Below are positions 47,473 through 56,400 of a stretch of DNA of 64,000 nt, piece by piece. Position 1 is the first letter of the stretch. Every line of letters begins with the position of its first letter. The stretch comes from Rubripirellula sp. (GTDB lineage Bacteria > Planctomycetota > Planctomycetia > Pirellulales > Pirellulaceae). The notes under the pieces are model-generated. The model was given only the letters and a program-made list of their open reading frames with translations, did no database searches and was not told where the DNA came from. Made by a program: the position numbers and the translations under genes. The stretch is taken from assembly GCA_965216875.1 (NCBI GenBank), contig OZ244207.1:704001-768000 (forward strand), in the 5' to 3' direction.

Positions 47473-50400
47473 ATGATTGGCTCTCGACGGCAACGCGCTG
47501 GCAGTTCAACGCGTCGAAACAAACGCAATCGATTTCGGGGTGAATTGTTGGAGGCCCGGTTGCTCTTGGCGGCTGGTGATCCCGATCTCGGTTTTGCATC
47601 CGATGGTGCTGCGAGTGTGCAGGTGGAAAGTGGCCAGCACCAACTCAAACCCGTTGTCGTGGCGCAGTCTCCGGGCGATCGAACCGTTGTGGTCTACGAA
47701 ACACGGTCTGGTCTCAATACCGTCTCTTCGCGAACAACCATCGTCGCAAGATACAACGCCGACGGGACGCCTGATCCAACATTCGCCGACATCGGTTCGC
47801 GAGAAGTCATCGGACGCAATGGCAACGGCGAAGATGAAGTGGTGGTCGATGCGGTTGTCGATGACCTAGGTAACATCTATGTGCTGGGTGAGATCGAAGA
47901 TCCACGCGACGACCCGAGCGACGTGTCGATCACCAAGTTTGCACCCGATGGGACATTGTCACGTGACTTAACGCCCGGTTCGGAGTCGATCTTCTCGGGA
48001 AGCTTTTACGACTTCAGCACCGATGACAACACTGTGGTTGATCGACCCAAAGCGATTGGTCTCGATAGCGAGGATCGACTGTACGTCGCCTCCGAAAGTG
48101 GTCAAGGATCTGTCGTTGCGCGAATACTCCCCAACGGCACGGTCGACCCAACCTATGGCGTCGACGGAATTGTTTCGGTGGATCCCAATCCTGGCCAAGC
48201 CTTTTCGATAAGTGACTTGGCCGTCGATGGCGACGGGACCGTTGTTGTGATTGGCGAAGTTGCCGGCCAACCGCTCGCGACCCGACTGCTAGCGGATGGT
48301 TCGGTCGACAACGGGTTCGGCGTTAGCGGCACGCGAACCATTGCCTTACCTGGCGGCGCTTCTTCACCTCCGAAACTGCACGTGGACTCCGCTGGCCGTT
48401 TGTTGATTGGTGCGACCACTGGCGATGACTTTGCGGCAACGCGACTTTCGGCTTCGGGTGCGATCGACGCTGGATTTGGTTCCTCGGGAACTGCGGTGAT
48501 TGATGCCGGTGGAACGGACTTACTTGTCGCCATCACGACCGACGCCGCGGGACGAGTCGTCCTTGGTGGGAACACCGCAAGTGCAGGCGAACAAAATGTT
48601 GCGATCGCACGGCTGACTCCGTCGGGATCGGCAGATGCCACGGTGGGAATCGGCGGCGTTGTCGTGCGTGACCTGGGTGAAGCTGACGATGCTTTCGGAG
48701 ATCTCGTTGGGAGAGCCGACGGCACGCTCATTGCGGCTGTCGTAGCGCCGTCGATCAATGGTGAGCATGGTGATGCGAGCTTGATCGGTCTCGACACTTC
48801 ACTGCAAAACGATGTGAGTTTCGGTAGCGGCGGTACGGTCGATGTTGCGTTGTTTGGCGAAACCGACATCGTGGGTGTTTTTTCTGGACAAAGGTATCGG
48901 ACGCGTGCGCTTGCCGACGACAGCGTGATCCTGATTCACCCGCGCGGCTCGATCAAAGTGCTGTCAGACGGGACGCCCGATCCGAACTATGGTGACGACG
49001 GCGTTGCGTTTCATGGCATTGCCATTCAGTTCGGCCGTGCCATCGTTCGCGACGATGGCAGTCACATCATCGCTGGGAGTCCGAATACCTTTTCGGGGAG
49101 CTACCGATTCATCGCGGTCGATGCCAACGGCAACCTTGATGCATCGTTTGGTAGTGGTGGTGTCGCCAATGACACAGTCGATCAAGTGTTCTTTACCGAT
49201 GTGATTGAAGCGGCGGATGGCGGTTTCATCGTTTTGGGCAACACGTCCACCAGCTTGCCGCCAGCCGCGCAGGGAATGGTCATTACCAAATACGACGCGT
49301 CCGGGCAGCGGGACACGTCGTTTGGCTCGGGCGGACAATTGATCATCCAGCAACCGAGCGACGAAAACTATTCGGGACGCACCTTGTTGGCCGACCCCTC
49401 GGGTGACTTTGTGATCACAGGAACGAGTGATGACGGGTCGACAAGCGGTTCAAGGATCATCTTCGCGAGCTTTACCCCCACAGGCCAAATCAATTCTTCG
49501 TTTGGCAACAACGGGATCATCAACACCGCAACACGCGTCGAGTCGGTGGTCAGTTCGGTTCAAATCGATGATGGTGGCTACATCGTTTCGTCGTTGTTCG
49601 GCGACATCACGACGATTCATCGGTTCAACAGCATCGGTCTTGAGGATCGTACATTTGGCTTCAATGGATCGCTTTCGCTGAACGATCCTACGATCAACGC
49701 GACCGACTTTCGTGGTGAAATCAACGTCGACGGAGACGGCGGGATTCTCATTCCTTCAAACGGTCGAGCCTCGTTCGATGTTTTGCGTTTGACGGCCGAT
49801 GGCAAGATCGACCCGCTGTTTGGCGACTTTGGCGTCGCTTCAATTCCGTTGGCTGCGGAAGTGAGCACGAAGACGTTGGCGGAAATCAGTTTTGATTCTC
49901 AAGGCCGAATTGTCTCGGGCGCAGGTGTCACGCTAGGGGCACTCTTTTCGCCGCGGCCGACATTGTTCCGATTTTCCAACAGCGCGACCGATTGTGGCGT
50001 GGCGGGATGCATCCGCTTTGAAGAGCAGTTGCCGGTTGTTAGCGAAGGCGATGGTGAAGCGATAGTGACGCTGACCCGCGAAGGCGGCACGACGGGCAAC
50101 GTGAGTGTTCGGTTGCGAACATTGCGCGAGCGAGCTGTCGAAGCGTTGCCCGGCGAAGATTACACGCCGGTCGACACACGAGTCGATTTTGTGGATGGTC
50201 AACAGACCGCGACGGTCCGTATTCCGATCGTGAGCGACGACATCGATGAAGCTCCCGACACGATTCTGTTGGAGATCGATGACGCTCAGGGCGGCGCCCT
50301 CTTCGAAAACCCACAACGGGCGCGATTGACGATCGAAAGACAGGGGCCCAATCCGGTTGCGTTCGATTCAACCTTTGGCGACCGCGGGATCACCGACATC

Positions 50401-53400
50401 GACTTCGCCCAAAACTCGCCCATCGTTTCAGACATTGTTCAGCAGTCCGATGGAAAGATCGTGGTCGTCGGCTCGGATGGTTTTGGCAGCGGCGATTTCT
50501 TGACGATGCGGTTCAACGTCGACGGTTCACTCGACGATACCTTTTCGGATGACGGAATCGTTCGGACCGATTTTCAACTCGAACGCGATCTGTCTCGCGC
50601 GGTTGCGATGCAATCGGACGGCAAAATCATTGTTGCCGGTGAAAGCCAGTTCGCCGTCGACGTCGGACTGGCCGAGTCGCGATCGACCCTCATTCGTTTG
50701 CTACCCGACGGACGCATCGATCGCATGTTCGGTTCGGACGGCAATGGCCGTGTCGTCAATGATGATCTTGAACTCGAAGCGTATACCGATGTCTTGGTGT
50801 TGCCCGATGATTCGATGTTCGTCGCCAGCGAAATCAATCGTTTCGAGCAGGGCGTAGGCAACATTCGAGCCATCGTGGTGCAGAAGCTATTTGCCGACGG
50901 ATCGCTGGACGCAAGTTTCGGAAACAACGGCCAGGTGCGGATTGACGATGCCAATGCGTCGGGGACGTCCTCGAGTGGTGTCGACGGCAAACAACTGGCG
51001 GTCGATCCGTCGGGCCGTTTGATCGTTGCCGGCAGCTTCATTGAGTTGGTTGGCAATTCGTCGATCTCGCGTCCGCTTGTGATTGCGATGTCACAATCCG
51101 GGGTCCTCGATACCTCGTTCGGTGATCAGGGGCTCGCCATCTTCCGCGAATTTGGCGATGTGCGTTCGGCCGCGACCGGGATGTCGGTGGCCGAGAATGG
51201 CCAAATCTATGTTGCGGTCAACAATGACCTGACGGTGCTGAGCGTGACGCCAAACGGCCAGCTGGATACGAACTTCGACGGCGACGGAATCGCATCGATT
51301 GAAGCGTTTGCTGACGCCGTTGACACTGTCACCGACATCACCATCACGCCCAATGGTCGCATTTGGGTCTCAGGGGTTGTCGAAACTGCTTCGATCTTTG
51401 GTTCCGTCGCGGTTGCCTCTTTTCTACCTTCGGGTCGACCTGATCCAGCGATCGACGGAGTCGGGTTCAAGGTCTATCCGCGCGATAGCGGGATCTTTGA
51501 ATCAGGCGCAATGACCGTCCTGAACGGTGGCGAAGTGCTTGTCGCGGCTGCAACAAGTGTGCGTCCCGCAGACGCACCAAGTATCGACTTCGTTTCGCTG
51601 ATCAAAGTCGCGGGTGGCGACGGGGCCGGAGAGCTGAACTTCGAGTTCGGAGAGGTCGAAGTCGACGAGAACCGCGGCTTGATCGAGTTGCAGGTTTTGC
51701 GAACCGACGGTGGGCAAGGGCAGGTGAGCGTGACGTATGCAACACGCAACGGCGCGGCGCTGGCGGGGGACGATTACGTACAGCAGACCGGTGAACTGCT
51801 CTTTGTTGACGGTCAACTGTCTGCGGGGCTCACGATCCTGCTAGAAGACAACGCCGCGATCGAGGGGCCCGAAAACTTCTTTGTTGATCTTTCCAGTCCG
51901 GTCGGCGGCGCCACACTTGGCGCTACGGATTCGGTTGAGGTTACGATCGTTGACGGACCGGGGACGATTCAATTCGCGAGTCCAGTCGTCGCAGCTGCCG
52001 AAAGCCAGTTCACCAGTTCGATCACGTTGACGCGTCAGGGTGGCAGCGATGGCGAGGTCTCGGTGCGTGTTCGGTCGGTTGGTGGATCTGCCACGGTCGG
52101 CGCCGACTACGTTGCGGTCGATCAAGTGGTCACGTTTGTCGATGGCCAAACCGAAGCAAGCTTTGCGTTGGGATTGATCGACGACCCCATTACCGAAGGG
52201 ATCGAAACGATCGATCTCGAGCTCAGTCAACCGGCCGGGGGTGCGACCATTGGTTCGCAAGGCACAACGCTGGTCCGGTTGTTCGATGTCGAACCGTTTC
52301 AAGCGACAACCGCCGGTGCGCTCGACCTTTCCTTTTCCGGTGATGGGCGTGCTCGCCCAGTCACCACCCCGCCCTTCGACGAGATCTTTACCTTTGCGTC
52401 GGTCAATCCCATCGGGATGGCAAATCGCTCAGGCGGATCGTTTGTGGTTGCCGATCAGTTCTTTCGATTGACCGGCGTACGGGATGATGGCACGGTCGAC
52501 AACCGTTTCGGAACCGATGGAATTGCGAATGCCAATGTCGAATCGCTTGGCGTCGACTCGCAACGCTCGGAAGACTTTGCCGTGGATAGCCAGGGAAGGT
52601 TCGTCGTCGTGGGCCGCCGCAGCCTGGGCTTCGACGCCGATTTCGTGGTTGCAAGATTCCTCCCCAGCGGTGAATTGGACGATTCGTTTGCAAACAACGG
52701 GCTGGCCGTGCTTGACCTTGGCGGCGATGACCGAGCGTTTGCCGTTGCGATCGATGGAAACGACGGCATCTTTGTCGCTGGTTCGACCGGAGGCGTCTTC
52801 CAACGACAGATCGGAGTGGTGCACTTCAACAGTTCCGGTGATCTGAACAACAGTTTTGGAAACGCGGGCATCGTCAAGATTGATGGCCAAGAACGCTTTG
52901 AAGAAGCAACCGCGATCACAGTCGAGCCCGATGGATCGGTGTTGGTGGCAGGCCACGAGGTTCGGGAGCTGCAAGACGTCGGCGGGATTGCGGTGTCATC
53001 GGCCGACATTCTGCTTACCCGATTGAGTGCCAACGGCGCGATCGACACGTCATACGGGACAGCAGGACGTGCGATGCCCGAGTTTGTCGATCGAACCGGA
53101 AACATCACCGACGACGATCGTGTCCGCAAGCTCATTCCATTGGAAGGTGGCAAGACGTTGCTGATTGGATCGACCGACGCAGAGTTCCTTGTCGCAAGGT
53201 TCAATGGCGACGGAACACTCGATACGTCGTTTGGACGTGGCGATGGTTTTGTCACCGGCGTGCTTTCACCCGGTGGTCGTGGCGCTCAAGGTCTCGACTT
53301 TGCGTTCGATGCGATCCTTGGCATCGATGGTTCGATCACCGTGGTGGGCGAGAGTCGGACGGCATTCGGCAGTGAACAGTTGAGCGTGGCTCGTCTGACC

Positions 53401-56400
53401 GCCGACGGCGTGCCCGATCCAACGTTTGGCGCCCGCGGCGGACGCAATTTCTCAGGGCTCGATTTCGTTGATGGTGGTCGCGCGGTGATGCGTGCAGAGG
53501 GCGGCGGGTTGCTTGTTGCCACGCTCAATGGGGGCGTTGTCAAACTCATCGAAACGACGGTTTGCCCAGCTGCTGGTTGCGTTCAGTTCACGACGCTTGA
53601 TGCGTCGGAAACGGAATTCGACCAAACGGTTGAACTGCGTGTCGCACGCCCGATCGATGCAAGCGAAGGCGAGGTGACCGTTCAGTTCTTTACGATCGAT
53701 GGAACGGCGACTGCAGGAACTGACTACGTTGCCACGACGGGAACGATCACCTTTGGCGATACCGAGGCGACGCAGGTCATTCGCGTCCCCATTCTTGGTG
53801 ATTCGATTCGCGAAGGTGACGAGACCTTCTTTGTTGTGCTCGCGGCACCGACCGGCGGTGCGGTGCTGGGAGCTCAGTTTGTCGTGCCTGTCGCCATCCT
53901 GGACAACGAATTCTCCGCCGCCGACAACCTGCCCAACCTTTCGATCTTTGGCGGGTTCTTTGCCGAAGACTCGGGCGAGATCAATGTCCGCCTTTCCTTC
54001 GACAGCACGCGTTCCCAGCCGATCGTGGTTGACTACACGACCGTCCCTGTCGGAACGGCGACTCCCGGCGTCGACTACATTCCCTCGTCCGGAACGATCA
54101 CGATTAATCCGAACGACAGCTCGGCATTCGTGCCGGTTCCTGTTGTCTTGGACGATGAAATCGAACCTGATGAGACGTTCCAAATCGTGTTGTCCGGCGT
54201 CACGGGAGCAAACCTGACACGCGCGACGGGGACGGTCACGATCGCTGATGTTGTTTCGACCGATTGCGAAGGGGGACCTGGTACGCCGCATCCTGCGTTT
54301 GGCGAGGATGGCGTTGGTCGTTTTGATCCTGACCCGTCAACGACCGGCGATGTAGGTCCGATCGATACCTTCCTTGCCGACGATGGACGCATTGTTCAAA
54401 TCGGTTCCTTGCTTGATTCGGATAGCGGGATTTCGGTTGTGCGTTACAACGCAAACGGGACTCCCGATGCTTCGTTCGGTACCGCGGGCGTTGTCCGGAT
54501 TCCGACAGTGCAAAATGGCGGCGTGCTACCTGATCCTTCGATCGAAGATGGGTCCGAGTTCGCGGAAGCTGTGCGAATGTTGGCCGATGGAAGTGTGCTC
54601 GTCTTCGGACGTGCATTCCAAGACAGCTTGTTCAATCTTTTTGTGCTGAAGTTGCGTCCCAACGGAACGCTTGATCCAACCTTCGGCACAGGCGGGATTC
54701 AATTCACTCCGTTGGTGAACTTGCAAGTCGATTTCACGTCAGGGACGGTTGCGCCTGATGGTTCGGTTTACCTTGTCGGTTCGGCCGGCGTCCAATGGGA
54801 ATCGACCGATGCGAACACCTATTCGAGTGTTGTTCCAGTTGGGTTCTTTAACCCCGTTGGTTTCCGCACGCAGTATCGTTCTTCGGTCATGATGTTGCGG
54901 TTGGATGGCCAGGGGCAACTTGACACGACATTCGGCATCGACGGCAGTGTCGTGTTTGGTGGCGCGTCGGGTATCGAATCGATCGAGTTTGACTCGCAAG
55001 GCCGACCGCTTGTCTTGATCAATGGTTTTGCCGCTGAGTCATCTTCGTTCGACAAATCGTTGATCCGGTTGACCTCCGCCGGCGCGATCGACACGCAATT
55101 CTCTGATCGTCCGTTTGTTCCCGAAGTCCCATTCCCGTCCGATGTGCAAATCCCACCTGGCGCGACCGAAGAACACTTGTTTAACGATGCGAGCATCGAC
55201 GACTTTACAGTCGCGCCCAATGGAGACTTGATCTTCTTCGGAGGGCTTTCGCAAACGGTGGTCTCGCCTGACGATGATTCGGTGATCTTTAGCGACTTCA
55301 GCGATTATCTCTTCCGCGTTACAACCGATTTGCAGCCGGTGACCAGTTTTGCGGACCAAGGTGTATCGAGGTTTGATACGTTCGACTTCAACCTCTTTGT
55401 TGATGACATTGCCGCGCAGCCCGATGGTCGTGTGCTCTTGATGGGGCAAGCCTTTGGCCAACTCGGGACGATCCGAACGCACCCCAGTGGTTTCATCGAT
55501 CAAGGCTTCGGCGGTACCGGTTTGCAACGCGTCCCGGGAACCTTTCCCAATTTTGGTTCGGTCGACATTCTTAGAGCCGCCAACGACCAGACGCTTGTAG
55601 CGTTTGGCGATGGTTCCAGCTTTGCAGTCGCGAGCCTTTCGTCGGGGCCAGCATCGGGTGTGATCCGGTTGGAACGTTCGACGACAAGCGTTGCGGAAGA
55701 TGGTCAATCGCTTGAAATGCTGGTGCGACGTGTCTGCGGCGTCGATGGACCCGTTTCGGTTCAAGTCGCAACGGCCAACGGTACCGCTTTGGCGGGTGCC
55801 GACTACACGGCCCTAAGCCAAACCGTCAACTTTGCTGATGGTGAGTTCGTTCAGACGATCACGATTCCAATCATCGATGACCAAACCTTTGATGGCGATC
55901 TCGATTTCACCGTCAACCTGTCTTCGCCAACAGGTGGAGCGACGATCGAGACGGTGATCACGACGACGGTGACCATCATTGACGACGAGCAACCTGGGCG
56001 CCTGCAATTTGCTGGTGGACCCGTCACGGTGTCCGAAACCGATGGTACAGCGACCGTTACCATTGAACGTATCGACGGTGATGGCGGCGAGGTAAGCGTG
56101 TTGGTCACACCCACCGGGAATGCGACCAACGGCGAGGACTACAATTTCCCGGTAACCACGGTCACCTTTGCCAACGGCGTCACTTCTCAAGACGTCGTGA
56201 TTCCAATTGTTGACGATGCTTTGGTCGAACCGGACGCTGAAGTGATTCGACTGGCGCTGTCGAATCCCGGCGGTGGTGCTGAGCTCGGTTTCCTGACGAC
56301 GACAACGGTTGAGATACTTGACGACGATGTGTTGGTGACACCGCCGCAAGGCACGTTCTCGATCTCAGCCACGTCAAGCAATGTCGAGGAGTTTGCTGGC

